Virus record (IMG/VR): IMGVR_UViG_3300037454_000475
Location: 1 to 64,000 of that record
Strand: one strand, 5' to 3'
DNA: 64,000 nucleotides
From: a virus
Lineage: Duplodnaviria > Caudoviricetes
The notes under the pieces are model-generated. The model did not search any database, was not told where the DNA came from, and worked only from the letters and a program-made list of their open reading frames with translations. The stretch's first letter is position 1; every line of letters starts with the position of its first letter. The translations under genes and the position numbers were made by a program. This document shows, one piece after another, positions 1 to 10,154 of the stretch.

Positions 1-68
1 GAACATACCCCGTCATTATCCTCGCGATGGTAAATTACCAACACCTTTTTGACATCAGTGATTTCCAT
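1..68 (-). CDS. DHH-family phosphoesterase, 5' fragment (runs off window)
   Basis: Manual translation MEITDVKKVLVIYHREDNDGVC; YHxxDxDG is DHH motif I. Confidence 0.6.
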   Translation of the reverse strand, partial: MEITDVKKVLVIYHREDNDGVC

Positions 69-79
69 ATATTGTTGAT

Positions 80-1132
80 TTATTTGAAGTTACCAATTTT
101 TCTACGAATATCCAACATCATTTCATCCACAGCAACATAGTCGATATGATCCGGGATGGTGGAATGCTCAACAGCAAACTCCATCTTGGCGATATCACCC
201 ATGGCAATATCCATGAGTTGTTCATACTCGTATGTATGTGCACGAACCTGAAGGAGGAAATCCGCATCAATACCTTGGCGGTTGACCCGGTACGTGTCAC
301 CATTGGCGATCTCCGTGCAGGTACGAACCAACCGGATGCACTCACTCATGTTCTTTGCATCGTACGATTTGTTGAGATTTGACTCATAACGAACCGGGTT
401 ACGTTCCTTCTCCCAAGTCTTTTGGTTTTTATAGTCCTTACAGTGCATGGTATATGCATCTTTGTTGAAAAAGAGCGTACCCACCGATGATAAACCTTTT
501 GGAAGGTTGTTGACGTGGACATCGTTGGCGTTTGGTTTGCAGAAACCACCGGGGTAGATAAATACGGCGTACGCGTCATTGGCGTGGTTGAGTTTGGCCA
601 AAGAGACCATATTTTCTGTCAAATTAAACTCGTTCATCCACTCCGTCATGGGTTTGGTGTCATTACCATAAGTAATGAAGCAGAAATCCAATGGTGTTTT
701 GCGTTCAATGATGGGTTTGTTGATCATCTTATTGAGACCACGAGCCTTGCGGATCTGTGATGCCGCGTAATGACCAAAAGGTTTGAAACATTCCTTGGTA
801 AGGAAACTATCGCGGTTCTCAAAGAAAACGCAGAATACCGGATCGACATACTCCTTAAAACGATCATCAACAAACAATGATTCCAGTACAGTCGGGTTGG
901 AAGTGGTTAGAAGCCGGGTGAACTTGTTAAGTTCCCACATGGTGTCATCGTGGCGGCTATCCGCAAGCTCATCGTGATATACATCCGGAATGACGGACAA
1001 AAGAGCCTCATTATGCATGAGGAACACTCCGCCGTAATCGGTATCCGAACGTTCCGTGGCAATACCATGGCAATGAGATCCACGGATATACCTATAAAGG
1101 GTTCTGCATTGTGTATTGATTGAGCTTTTCAT
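80..1132 (-). CDS. Nucleotidyltransferase (pol-beta superfamily, RlaP/YcgL-like)
   Basis: GSHCHG...SDTDYGGVF motif, ELNKF..LL..SNPTVLE. Confidence 0.8.
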   Translation of the reverse strand: MKSSINTQCRTLYRYIRGSHCHGIATERSDTDYGGVFLMHNEALLSVIPDVYHDELADSRHDDTMWELNKFTRLLTTSNPTVLESLFVDDRFKEYVDPVFCVFFENRDSFLTKECFKPFGHYAASQIRKARGLNKMINKPIIERKTPLDFCFITYGNDTKPMTEWMNEFNLTENMVSLAKLNHANDAYAVFIYPGGFCKPNANDVHVNNLPKGLSSVGTLFFNKDAYTMHCKDYKNQKTWEKERNPVRYESNLNKSYDAKNMSECIRLVRTCTEIANGDTYRVNRQGIDADFLLQVRAHTYEYEQLMDIAMGDIAKMEFAVEHSTIPDHIDYVAVDEMMLDIRRKIGNFK

Positions 1133-1410
1133 TATTGTAATTGTTTTACTGGTCCAATGGCAATTTCTCCGGAAAGATCGCTGGGCACAAAACCTAACGG
1201 ACAGGCATCCTTACTTGCCGGAGCGATATGGAAGCAACCCGAGGTTTCAACCGATGAGTTGTCCTTGTTGAAACGAAGTGCTTCTTCAATTCGGATCTCG
1301 GAGTATACTCCGGTGTTGGTTCCAATTTCCGCACAAATAAATACCGGGCGTCTTTTTGGAACATTGATCCTGTGCTCCTTGCCGTCTTTGTCGAAAAATC
1401 TAATGAACAT
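1132..1410 (-). CDS. Hypothetical protein
   Basis: 92 aa ORF behind a phage promoter; stop overlaps next start. Confidence 0.7.
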   Translation of the reverse strand: MFIRFFDKDGKEHRINVPKRRPVFICAEIGTNTGVYSEIRIEEALRFNKDNSSVETSGCFHIAPASKDACPLGFVPSDLSGEIAIGPVKQLQ

Positions 1411-1465
1411 ATTAATCGATATTTAGGGGGTTAACTGAAGATATATAAACAAAATCCACCGAATA

Positions 1466-2386
1466 TTAACATTGTGAGTTCTTATATCTCATAGAAGCCT
1501 CGATACGTTGACGGATGGCAAACCATGCGCGGTTAAGAAGATTCGGGTAATTCATATATTCGAAACCATAAAGTCCACAGGAGAAAAACTCGTGACATTC
1601 AACGACCCATGTATTACCGCATTTATCCACCATCACATCAAGAGTATAGATATCCGGTGAAAGTGTATATGCATTGATAAATTGGCGAATACGATCCGCT
1701 TTTGGAAATGCAATTGGATCTCCACTATAGCACTCACAACCAATTACCGGGCCGCGTGGATCTTTTTTATCCACAAATACTCGCCACTCGGATACTATAT
1801 CCGGTACCACTGTGGAAACCTGTTTGCCTACGATCTTATCGGCAAAGTTATAGTCAAATACCTTTCCACAAGTCTTTCCGTCCGGCCCGATCCGGGCCTC
1901 CATGGTCATCATGCCATTCCGAGTATCTTTGATGACATCATAGAACTTATTATCCGGATGTTTGATGATATTTGCATCCTTTACATGCCAACGTCCATGA
2001 AGTTTACGTTTCCCGGTAAGTTCTTTTATAAATATCTCCGCACATTCCTTGGATGGGATGTTGAAAATTTGTCGGCCGGAATATAATGTGGGTTGTAACT
2101 CCGCAGGAACATTGAGAGGGATGATGAAGGCATCAGTTCCACCTATAAGTTTTGCAAACGTACATGCAAATTCAACACTACCAACCGGAGTGTATTCATT
2201 TGTTTTGATTTCACCGCTGGTGATCTTCTTGGCGATATATCCGTCCGGTTGGATATCCGCGAGTTGACAAGTTTCAATTTCGTATTTTATACCCCAGCGG
2301 TTACAATCTTCTTGCATATCTGCGAGTACCTTGGAAAAATCATAAAGAAATTTGCCGTGCTCATTGGTTTCAACGAGGAATTTCAT
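1466..2386 (-). CDS. ATP-grasp protein (DUF4343/R2K-like)
   Basis: PVGSVEF, SEWRVFV, YTLDV, VVECHEFFSCGLYG motifs. Confidence 0.75.
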   Translation of the reverse strand: MKFLVETNEHGKFLYDFSKVLADMQEDCNRWGIKYEIETCQLADIQPDGYIAKKITSGEIKTNEYTPVGSVEFACTFAKLIGGTDAFIIPLNVPAELQPTLYSGRQIFNIPSKECAEIFIKELTGKRKLHGRWHVKDANIIKHPDNKFYDVIKDTRNGMMTMEARIGPDGKTCGKVFDYNFADKIVGKQVSTVVPDIVSEWRVFVDKKDPRGPVIGCECYSGDPIAFPKADRIRQFINAYTLSPDIYTLDVMVDKCGNTWVVECHEFFSCGLYGFEYMNYPNLLNRAWFAIRQRIEASMRYKNSQC

Positions 2387-2388
2387 AA

Positions 2389-2727
2389 TTATTGTTTATC
2401 TTTTATTGGTAAGTTGGTTACACGCATGATTTGTCCAAGCCAAAACTTGAAATCCTTGAGGGAATCCACCCAAAAATCATTATCCACCATGTTGTACCCT
2501 TGGAGTTCACATATTGGGACATTATCATTATCAAGTGTGGCTCCGGTACCGAGAGGAGTAATATCAAAATTAGCCAACCGGCTGGGCTCCGTGACATGCT
2601 TACCGTTAACAATCAGTTCCCGGCCGGGAACATGTACCTTTATCCGGAAACATGTATCGTTTTCGTCAGTCGCAATGAATCCCAATGATAAAAGGTAGGC
2701 TTTAATTTCATTATAAAGTTCCGTCAT
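2389..2727 (-). CDS. Hypothetical protein
   Basis: 112 aa ORF tightly packed in operon. Confidence 0.7.
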   Translation of the reverse strand: MTELYNEIKAYLLSLGFIATDENDTCFRIKVHVPGRELIVNGKHVTEPSRLANFDITPLGTGATLDNDNVPICELQGYNMVDNDFWVDSLKDFKFWLGQIMRVTNLPIKDKQ

Positions 2728-2744
2728 ATCGTTTAATTTTTTTG

Positions 2745-2815
2745 AAGTCCTACCGGGATTCGAACCCGGGTCTTATCTTTAGGAGAGATACGTCCTTCCG
2801 CTGAACGATAGGGCT
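2745..2815 (-). tRNA. tRNA-Arg(CCT)
   Basis: Cloverleaf; anticodon arm TATCT-CT CCT AA-AGATA. Confidence 0.85.
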
Positions 2816-2820
2816 TTATG

Positions 2821-2894
2821 TGGCCCCGGTGGGAGTCGAACCCACAACCTACAGATTAGAAGTCTGTTGCTCTATCCAATTGAGCTACGGGGTC
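2821..2894 (-). tRNA. tRNA-Arg(TCT)
   Basis: Cloverleaf; ACAGA-CT TCT AA-TCTGT. Confidence 0.95.
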
Positions 2895-2899
2895 ATTGC

Positions 2900-3388
2900 T
2901 TAAACAGTTTCACCACTTATATCGGCTATTCTTGCATACTGTTCCCGGCGAGCTTGCTGTTCTTTTTCATAATCTTCCACGATCTTTTTGATTTCTTCAT
3001 CCGTAAGGATACGTTCCTTGACCGGGCCGACCATTGGTTTCACATAATACTTTTCAATCTTCCATCGACATGACATGCCGAAACGGCGAGCGGCTTCGTT
3101 GAACATGGCGACCAATTCCTCCGGGCCGTTACAAGACCAAAATTGGGCGCAGTCGGTTTTCTCCTCATCATACGCGAACTTATCGCCGGTGGATACACGG
3201 AAGAATGAATCCGTATTATCCTTTGGATCGAAATCCACACCACTGGTTTCGACATTGAGATACTGGTAACGATCATCGTCATTAGTATCGGAATGTTGGA
3301 TGAATGTGATTTTTTGATCAACAACTCCAATCTCTTCTTTGTCCCGATTTGGGTAGCCGTGATTTACGATATTAACGTCCATATTCAT
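2900..3388 (-). CDS. Hypothetical protein
   Basis: 162 aa ORF. Confidence 0.7.
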   Translation of the reverse strand: MNMDVNIVNHGYPNRDKEEIGVVDQKITFIQHSDTNDDDRYQYLNVETSGVDFDPKDNTDSFFRVSTGDKFAYDEEKTDCAQFWSCNGPEELVAMFNEAARRFGMSCRWKIEKYYVKPMVGPVKERILTDEEIKKIVEDYEKEQQARREQYARIADISGETV

Positions 3389-3481
3389 TAAGTTTGTATT
3401 TGGTTAAATATAAAAAATCCCACCGGAAACTTAACATAGTCGCCGGTGGGATTCTCAAATGGATATAGGCATGCAAGAGAT

Positions 3482-4072
3482 TTACTCGGCGTCTTCCGAT
3501 TTCTTTCTACCTCTCCTTGTTGTGTTTTCGGTTTCAGCGTTGGTGTCATCACCAGCATCACCGGTACCTTGTTCACCTTGTTCGCCTTCGTCATTGGCTG
3601 GTTCGTTGATACCTTGGCCATCTGCAGTTTCTTCAACAACAGTACCGATACCTTCAGCACCTTGGCCACCATCAGGCTCGTTCTCTGCAGGGATTACAGG
3701 ATTCTCGTCAACAACGGCATCCGGATCCTTTGCAGTTTCCTTATTGTCATTGACGGTTTCCGGTTTCGTATCGGCTTTTTCTTCCACCTTCGGGGCAGCA
3801 ACTTTCGGAGCAGCCGGTTTTTCTTCTTTGTGTGTATCAACAAATGTATTGGCCATACGTTTGGCACGAGGATCATTCATGTTTCGATTGAGGTTGTCTT
3901 CGATATCGGCGATCATCTTATAGAAATCGGATATGGATTTATCTTCACCAAGACCACGTTTGATAACTTCATTTACAGCATCAATCTTTTCGAGGACACC
4001 ACGTTCGCTGACCTGCTGGCGCATAAAATCAGCATCCGGGGTTCCAGGGATAAAACGTGCAAAATTTACCAT
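3482..4072 (-). CDS. Hypothetical protein with acidic low-complexity C-terminus
   Basis: 196 aa ORF flanked by terminator hairpins. Confidence 0.75.
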   Translation of the reverse strand: MVNFARFIPGTPDADFMRQQVSERGVLEKIDAVNEVIKRGLGEDKSISDFYKMIADIEDNLNRNMNDPRAKRMANTFVDTHKEEKPAAPKVAAPKVEEKADTKPETVNDNKETAKDPDAVVDENPVIPAENEPDGGQGAEGIGTVVEETADGQGINEPANDEGEQGEQGTGDAGDDTNAETENTTRRGRKKSEDAE

Positions 4073-4178
4073 AGTGTATTAAATTTCTTTTTAAGACTGG
4101 AAAGTCTTTTATAAAAATATAAAACCCGGCAACGATTTTAAGTTTTCACTGCCGGGTTTATTCGGGATGGAAATCAGA

Positions 4179-4613
4179 TCATTCACCCTGAACTCCTTGG
4201 GTACCTTCTGTGCCTTCCGTGCCTTGGGTACCTTCAGTACCTTGGGTACCTTCCGTGCCTTCCGTACCTTGAGTGCCCTGCGTACCTTCTGCACCTTGAG
4301 TACCTTGCGTACCTTGAGTACCTTCCGCACCTTGAGTGCCTTGGGTGCCTTGCGTACCTTGAGTACCTTGAACCATGGCTTTCATCGTATCGAGGTCACC
4401 AATACAATGGGTAACCATACGTTTCACAGCGGCTTCATCGATACCCTCGGGAAGTTCACGGCCAGTGAGATCGCCGTTAATAATATCCACGTATTCGAGA
4501 AGTCCAACAAGACTCAAATAATGACGGCGGAGCGGGGTTTTTGGATCGGTATTCGATTTTCCGAAAATGGAAAGATCAACGTTACCGTTAAGATTGTCAA
4601 ATATTGTATTCAT
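4179..4613 (-). CDS. Protein with shared N-terminal module and G-T-Q/E collagen-like tripeptide tail
   Basis: About 21 G-X-Y repeats; first ~80 aa nearly identical to CDS 4702-5580. Confidence 0.8.
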   Translation of the reverse strand: MNTIFDNLNGNVDLSIFGKSNTDPKTPLRRHYLSLVGLLEYVDIINGDLTGRELPEGIDEAAVKRMVTHCIGDLDTMKAMVQGTQGTQGTQGTQGAEGTQGTQGTQGAEGTQGTQGTEGTEGTQGTEGTQGTEGTEGTQGVQGE

Positions 4614-4701
4614 AACATGTTATTTATTTGCTTACATATCTATAATAAAAAAGGAGGCCTTTTGGGTCTCCTTTTGTAATAATTTGGTTTTATTGAAGGT
4701 T

Positions 4702-5580
4702 TTATACGCGAACCGGACGCACAGAATAACCATAGTAACGGGGAGCATCATTACCCATCCCATGGCCACCATCACCAAAGTAGAAGTTCCAAGCATTGCC
4801 AACATACCCATCATACAAGGAGACCGACCAACAAATACCGTAGTCTCCAACATCGTAGACCCCACCATCTTCAGCGCTACCAACGGCCGGGAAGAACAGG
4901 AACTTGTCAGTATAACCTTCAACCTTTGACGTGAACTTAGCACCTTGAACACCATCAATTTCCGTCCATTCATATTCAGTGTTTGCTATCAATTCCTCGA
5001 ATTGTTCCTTGGTTGGCATCTTCCATCCTTCACCCCATTTATCTATTGCTGCATCGTCTCCGGGCTCCAATACCGTGAGGCCATCGGCGTTGTTGTACTT
5101 TTTCATACCATAATTGGTTTGGTCATCCCAATCAATTGGTCCGAAAGCATAGTCGTTATCTTCACCTTCCCAAGTAAAGTTTTTAGCAGTTCCAACTTGT
5201 TCAGCCGTATATCCTTGGGTTTCACCCCAAGCGAAAAACAACTCATTTCCGTTGGCATCCTTTATGTTTTCGGTTGCCCACAAGGTACCGGATGGCAAGC
5301 CGAGATCGACATATTCGTGTGAGGAACCTCCACCGGCACTCATGGCTTTCATTGTATCGAGATCCCCAATACTATGAATGATCATACCCTTTACGGTTTC
5401 CTCGGTGACACCGTCCGGGAGGTTACGGCCGGTAAGATCACCGTTGAGAATATCCACGTATTCAAGGAGCCCAACAAGACTCAAGTAATGACGGCGGAGT
5501 GAGGTTTTTGGATCAGTATTTGATTTTCCGAAAATGGAAAGATCAACGTTACCGTTAAGATTATCGAATATTGTATTCAT
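4702..5580 (-). CDS. Shared N-terminal module fused to a VDLGLPSG/C-type-lectin-like domain; possible DGR target
   Basis: YVDLGLPSGTLWATEN, W.MPTKEQFEEL, FFPAVG, RYYGYSVRPV. Confidence 0.75.
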   Translation of the reverse strand: MNTIFDNLNGNVDLSIFGKSNTDPKTSLRRHYLSLVGLLEYVDILNGDLTGRNLPDGVTEETVKGMIIHSIGDLDTMKAMSAGGGSSHEYVDLGLPSGTLWATENIKDANGNELFFAWGETQGYTAEQVGTAKNFTWEGEDNDYAFGPIDWDDQTNYGMKKYNNADGLTVLEPGDDAAIDKWGEGWKMPTKEQFEELIANTEYEWTEIDGVQGAKFTSKVEGYTDKFLFFPAVGSAEDGGVYDVGDYGICWSVSLYDGYVGNAWNFYFGDGGHGMGNDAPRYYGYSVRPVRV

Positions 5581-5672
5581 AACATGTTGTTTATTTGCTT
5601 ATATATCTATAATAAAAAAGGAGGCCTTTTGGGTCTCCCTTTGCCAATACACCGATATTCCGTAGGTTAAAT

Positions 5673-6608
5673 CTAAATTGCCCGGATGTCATCCTTATAG
5701 GCTGTCCAACCATTGGCACTCTTGTAGTTTTTGACATGTCTCGACTTCACACGGATGGTGCATTTATTAGGCTTATTACCAAATATGTTCAGGCCCATCA
5801 ACGGAGGTGTGGTTGGTTTGCAGATCAAGTTGGTGAGATTTTCGCAATTTGCAAATGCGAAAGTATCGATCTCCTCGACCGATTCCGGGAGGATCACCGA
5901 AGCAAGGTTTTTGCAACCGTAGAACGTGAGGTGCCCGATGGCGGTAATGACTCCATCGCAGCGGATCACACCATTTTTACCATCAAACGTGTTGGAGATT
6001 GCAACGACACCTTTACCAAAATTACCAACTGTGATATTTACTGGCTTGCCATCATTGGTCGTGTACCAAATCTCATTGCTTGGTTGTTCATCCATGTTAA
6101 GATCATCTACCATGATGACTTTGAGGGTTTTAGGAGTTTCCACAATCCTTGTGGGCTCCACAACAACCTTCTTGGTCTTGATCTTTATGGAAACCGTAGG
6201 CGTTCCGGCATACTTGATCTTCTTGATCATCTCAACGATGATCTTCTCCTGTTCCTTGAGTTCGGTGACATCCTTGCCGGCCTTTTTTCTACTGGAGATT
6301 TTGGCGGCTATATGATGGCGCTCCTTGTTGAGTTCATCAAGGCTCATGCCTTCAAAACCGGTATTTGTTGGTGTGACTTTTTCCACCGCCTCACGACTTT
6401 TACGGATCTTGGTAACTTTGGTGTCCTCAACGGCAACCTTCTTACTCTTGGATTGCTTCTTGGGCTTCACTTCCGGCTCCTCAACCTTACGGCTTTTACG
6501 GGTCTTCGTTGCCTTGGGTTCCTCAACGGCCTTCTTGACCTGTTTTTTGGATTTCTTCTCCGGCTTATCGGTCTTGCCGGGCTTGACCTTCTTGGTATCC
6601 TTTTTCAT
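5673..6608 (-). CDS. Lys-rich N-terminus plus BspA-type leucine-rich repeat (LRR_5) protein
   Basis: ITAIGHLTFYGCKNLASVILPESVEEIDTFAFANCENL; YKSANGW. Confidence 0.75.
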   Translation of the reverse strand: MKKDTKKVKPGKTDKPEKKSKKQVKKAVEEPKATKTRKSRKVEEPEVKPKKQSKSKKVAVEDTKVTKIRKSREAVEKVTPTNTGFEGMSLDELNKERHHIAAKISSRKKAGKDVTELKEQEKIIVEMIKKIKYAGTPTVSIKIKTKKVVVEPTRIVETPKTLKVIMVDDLNMDEQPSNEIWYTTNDGKPVNITVGNFGKGVVAISNTFDGKNGVIRCDGVITAIGHLTFYGCKNLASVILPESVEEIDTFAFANCENLTNLICKPTTPPLMGLNIFGNKPNKCTIRVKSRHVKNYKSANGWTAYKDDIRAI

Positions 6609-6694
6609 ATTACCTCAAATTTGTACCTATATATAAACCAACAAACCGGAATCTTAACAAGACCCCGGCAAGTTGATATGTGAATATGACGGTA

Positions 6695-7651
6695 TTAGCA
6701 AACCAAACCCTCGAACTCCAGCTGGGTAACGTGATGGTTGAAGATCGAATGCGGAATACCTTTGGTGATGACAGCGACCGCATTATGGCTGTGAAGGGAT
6801 TCACGGTGGCTACAAATGATCTTGAAGTCCCGGATGCTCGTGTTGTCGTTTAATACGGTGTACAAACGGCGAATGGCATCTTCAACAAAGATCACATTGG
6901 CACCATTAAGCCATGCGAAATTACCTTCATCGGCACGTTTCACAAACACCTGTGTTTCGGTAGGAATGGCGTGCTTGCACATTTCGAGCAAATCCTCAAT
7001 CCAAACCATATCCTCAAACTCCACGGAAATGTGGGCGATTGAACGTTGGCTATGGGGGATACAGTATACGCCCTCCTGATATGCGTTATACAAGGAAAGC
7101 TCCGTGGAACATGGACATGCACTCGAATAAATGTAGTCAAAATGGATGACCTTCTTGAACTCACCGGTGCGATCGAGGTTGGCATCAAACGTGATGTTGT
7201 AATATTGCCAGCCGCCCTCCGGAGTGCCGTCTTCTTTCTTGGACACCAAGGCATCCTGCCAAATACGGTACTTGAAGTTCATGAGGATATGGGCGTCAAA
7301 TGACTTGAGGTCTTTTTGATAGTTACGCAACACGCCTTCAAGTGCATTGATATCGAACACCTGATCCGCGCTCTTGTAGAATGTACGGATGATGCGGCTC
7401 ATGTTGATGCCACGGTTGACGGAATCAAGGTTGACCGATCCGGAGATGGATGCAGTCACCTCCTGCGTACCTCCACCTTTTTGACGGATACGGATTGGAA
7501 GGTGGAAATCGGAAATACCAACAAAATCAATCGGGACACCCTGGAACTCACCATTCTGTAGGTCAGGCATGTTGTCAAGGTATTCTTGGGTGGGGGTGAA
7601 GCCGGGTGTATACCGGCGTTTTAACTCATTGACTTTTACATCGTTATTCAT
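6695..7651 (-). CDS. folE2: GTP cyclohydrolase IB
   Basis: RGINMSR, YSSACPCS, PHSQRS, VKRADE, FVEDAIR, ESLHSHNA. Confidence 0.92.
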   Translation of the reverse strand: MNNDVKVNELKRRYTPGFTPTQEYLDNMPDLQNGEFQGVPIDFVGISDFHLPIRIRQKGGGTQEVTASISGSVNLDSVNRGINMSRIIRTFYKSADQVFDINALEGVLRNYQKDLKSFDAHILMNFKYRIWQDALVSKKEDGTPEGGWQYYNITFDANLDRTGEFKKVIHFDYIYSSACPCSTELSLYNAYQEGVYCIPHSQRSIAHISVEFEDMVWIEDLLEMCKHAIPTETQVFVKRADEGNFAWLNGANVIFVEDAIRRLYTVLNDNTSIRDFKIICSHRESLHSHNAVAVITKGIPHSIFNHHVTQLEFEGLVC

Positions 7652-7743
7652 ATATAAAATGTTTTTTGAGATTTCTATGTGGTAATATATAAAAAAACCC
7701 CGGACGTTTAATTCCGAGGTTTTTTTATTTGTTGTTTGATGTT

Positions 7744-8271
7744 TTACTTCATTGCATCAGATATGCTGGTTGTTAGTGCACCTTGATGATATGGATATCC
7801 GTCACAATAAACATCCATCAATTTCAAGGCGTCTTTCACATACTTTCCGACCTTTGATATGATATCCTTTTCGGTCTTATATCCGGTTTTTCTCCAACCC
7901 TTACCGTAGTACTCCTTCATCAGGTTATCACCGGATCGCATTGCAAGATACTTCATACGTGGATCGAATGGATTTTCCCCGCTACGATCAAATGGCGATA
8001 GATACATATGCGGCGAAGTATGTAACTCGATCTTGTTGTCATTTAGGATGAATATGAACCTTGCACTATTTTCGACAATCCCATGGGGGTAGTCTTTTTC
8101 GTCCATAAAGTTAATGTATAGGGATACATAATCATGTCCGAATCTACCATCAACGTTTACTGTGACTAATTTGGCTTCCGGCAGCTCTTTTTTAAGCCCA
8201 TCGATGATGGCATCCTTGTCAAGCGTCCAATTCCATTGGGCTTCCATTATATATTCTGCTAACGGTCTCAT
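7744..8271 (-). CDS. Hypothetical, candidate internal head protein
   Basis: N-terminus MRPLAEYIME-A resembles T4 capsid-targeting sequence. Confidence 0.6.
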   Translation of the reverse strand: MRPLAEYIMEAQWNWTLDKDAIIDGLKKELPEAKLVTVNVDGRFGHDYVSLYINFMDEKDYPHGIVENSARFIFILNDNKIELHTSPHMYLSPFDRSGENPFDPRMKYLAMRSGDNLMKEYYGKGWRKTGYKTEKDIISKVGKYVKDALKLMDVYCDGYPYHQGALTTSISDAMK

Positions 8272-8286
8272 ACTGCATTTTTGTTT

Positions 8287-8613
8287 TTACCAATCCTGCC
8301 AGCCCTTATCCATTTCGTCACGGGATACATACTGTGAAGGCTCGTTTTCGTCATTGTTACGGGTGTATTCACGGCAGATTTGATCGGCTTCCGGCATTTC
8401 GTCAAATACAGCCTTGATGAAATTTTCATTGTCATAGCCTTTGTTCTTCTTGATAAGACCTTCGAGCCACTTTTCCTCAAATTCAAGGTAATTGCCGCGG
8501 GCATCCAAGATGGTCATGACCTCATCTCCATTCTCGTCAAATCCGAGATTATAGTAATCCACTTTACGGGCTTCAGCAAGTGATTCGTTAAGATGTTCCT
8601 GTAGTGATTTCAT
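8287..8613 (-). CDS. Hypothetical, candidate internal head protein
   Basis: Start reassigned to MKSLQEHLNE-S after A-rich leader and TATTAT motif. Confidence 0.65.
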   Translation of the reverse strand: MKSLQEHLNESLAEARKVDYYNLGFDENGDEVMTILDARGNYLEFEEKWLEGLIKKNKGYDNENFIKAVFDEMPEADQICREYTRNNDENEPSQYVSRDEMDKGWQDW

Positions 8614-8699
8614 ATCGTTTTCTTTTTTTGTAATTAAATAATAACCACCCGGAGATCTTACCAAAAACCGGGTGGTTGTTATGCTGTATGGTTACCGCA

Positions 8700-8927
8700 T
8701 TAGAGCAGCTCCCCTTCAAGGCACTCACAGAGGCGTTGGAGGTTATAGAGGAGGCAGTAGCCTTCGATATTGAACTTCTGTTCGCCATCGATCACCACGA
8801 TATCACCATATCCGGTGTGTTGAAGTTCGATGTTGCGGCGCGGGTAGGCACTGCGCATGAATTCGAGGTTGATTTGGAAAATTTCACGAGCGGTCAAGTC
8901 TTCGCTGTCTTTAACGCGTAAATCCAT
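8700..8927 (-). CDS. Hypothetical protein
   Basis: 75 aa ORF followed by terminator. Confidence 0.65.
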   Translation of the reverse strand: MDLRVKDSEDLTAREIFQINLEFMRSAYPRRNIELQHTGYGDIVVIDGEQKFNIEGYCLLYNLQRLCECLEGELL

Positions 8928-8959
8928 AGTATTGGGGGTTTTAGGGGTTAATAATTACT

Positions 8960-9175
8960 TTAGAATGATACTGGATGCACCTGTTGGTAGGTGTGAGGAG
9001 TTACATGAGCCGGCTGCTCGGTTTTAGGTGACTCCGGCTCCGGTTCCGGGTTCTTGGTCATGATGGAACCGATGATTCCGATAACAACCACAGCCACGGC
9101 GGCGATCATCATGAATGCTTCAAAAGCGATGCAAATCTTATCGGATGTCTTCATTGTATTACTCCTTTCCATTTT
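8960..9175 (-). CDS. Small membrane protein
   Basis: Single hydrophobic helix; downstream of promoter; start uncertain. Confidence 0.6.
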   Translation of the reverse strand, partial: KMERSNTMKTSDKICIAFEAFMMIAAVAVVVIGIIGSIMTKNPEPEPESPKTEQPAHVTPHTYQQVHPVSF

Positions 9176-9237
9176 ACGACCATATATAAACAATCAAGCC
9201 GGGATCTTAACAAGACCCGGCAAGATATGATACATAT

Positions 9238-9810
9238 TTACTTGATCAATTTTGCAAGCTCAATATGCTTTCGGATGCTCTCCCGGCGGGTAAATACACT
9301 TTCCGGTACCCATTTGTGTAGTTCTTCCCAGTTCTCCGTTTCGATCATGTTACGGACTTGTGTGGCGGAAATGCCGGAGCATGTGGCTCCACGGGCTATG
9401 AGCTTCAAACTCACATTGTTACGAAGAATGAACGGCGGGAACCACGTGGTAATGATTTCGAAACCATCACTGTAGTAGATTGTGAAGTACGGATCTCCGG
9501 TGGTCGTCACGATCTTGCTGTACAGATAGAAGCCCCAATCATGCGAGTTATCCGATTCATCCGTAAGGTCATCCAACGGAATCACCTTTACTGTTGGCAC
9601 AGCTCCACTATACTTCTTTAGGAGATTGTCAATGGCTTCTTGGGCCATCTCTATGCGGAGATTGATCGGAATTGGGTTCCGTTGGTTGAATTTATCGGCG
9701 GAACCGATGAATACAAATACTTGGTCATTTTCATCAATGGCCTGCTCAATGAGTTCGAGGTGGCCATTATGGATGGGCTGTAAACGAGCCAATACAATTC
9801 CTGTTTTCAT
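9238..9810 (-). CDS. Nicotinamide-nucleotide adenylyltransferase (NadM-like)
   Basis: ARLQPIHNGH, IGSA, RNP, ISATQVR motifs. Confidence 0.88.
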   Translation of the reverse strand: MKTGIVLARLQPIHNGHLELIEQAIDENDQVFVFIGSADKFNQRNPIPINLRIEMAQEAIDNLLKKYSGAVPTVKVIPLDDLTDESDNSHDWGFYLYSKIVTTTGDPYFTIYYSDGFEIITTWFPPFILRNNVSLKLIARGATCSGISATQVRNMIETENWEELHKWVPESVFTRRESIRKHIELAKLIK

Positions 9811-9841
9811 GATTTTATTCTCTTTTATTCTTTTTTATTCT

Positions 9842-10153
9842 TTAGTCGCGTGGGCCATAATGGTTCTGTAGTTCCAAAGGTGTTGTCCAAGCCCATGTAC
9901 AATCGTGATAACGGGCACCCATAGGGGAAACAATGGCACCAAACACATATGCTTTCCTGTACCATTCGAGGTATTCCGGTGAATCAAAACCAGTGGTTGG
10001 ACGTTCACCAACAATGGACTTAAAAAGTTCCTCGACCAATTTAATACCGGCATTTCTCACCTCATCACGATAAGGTCCAAGACCACACCCGATGGTCTCT
10101 TTTTGTACATTATCCTTGTATTTTTCAACAAGTTCCTTGATTTTTTCTTCCAT
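9842..10153 (-). CDS. Hypothetical protein
   Basis: ORF in tightly packed run; start uncertain. Confidence 0.6.
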   Translation of the reverse strand: MEEKIKELVEKYKDNVQKETIGCGLGPYRDEVRNAGIKLVEELFKSIVGERPTTGFDSPEYLEWYRKAYVFGAIVSPMGARYHDCTWAWTTPLELQNHYGPRD

Positions 10154-10154
10154 A

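Noticed and set aside
4185-4372. CRISPR array or non-coding tandem repeat
   Set aside because: 9-bp units are in-frame G-T-Q/E codons with no spacers
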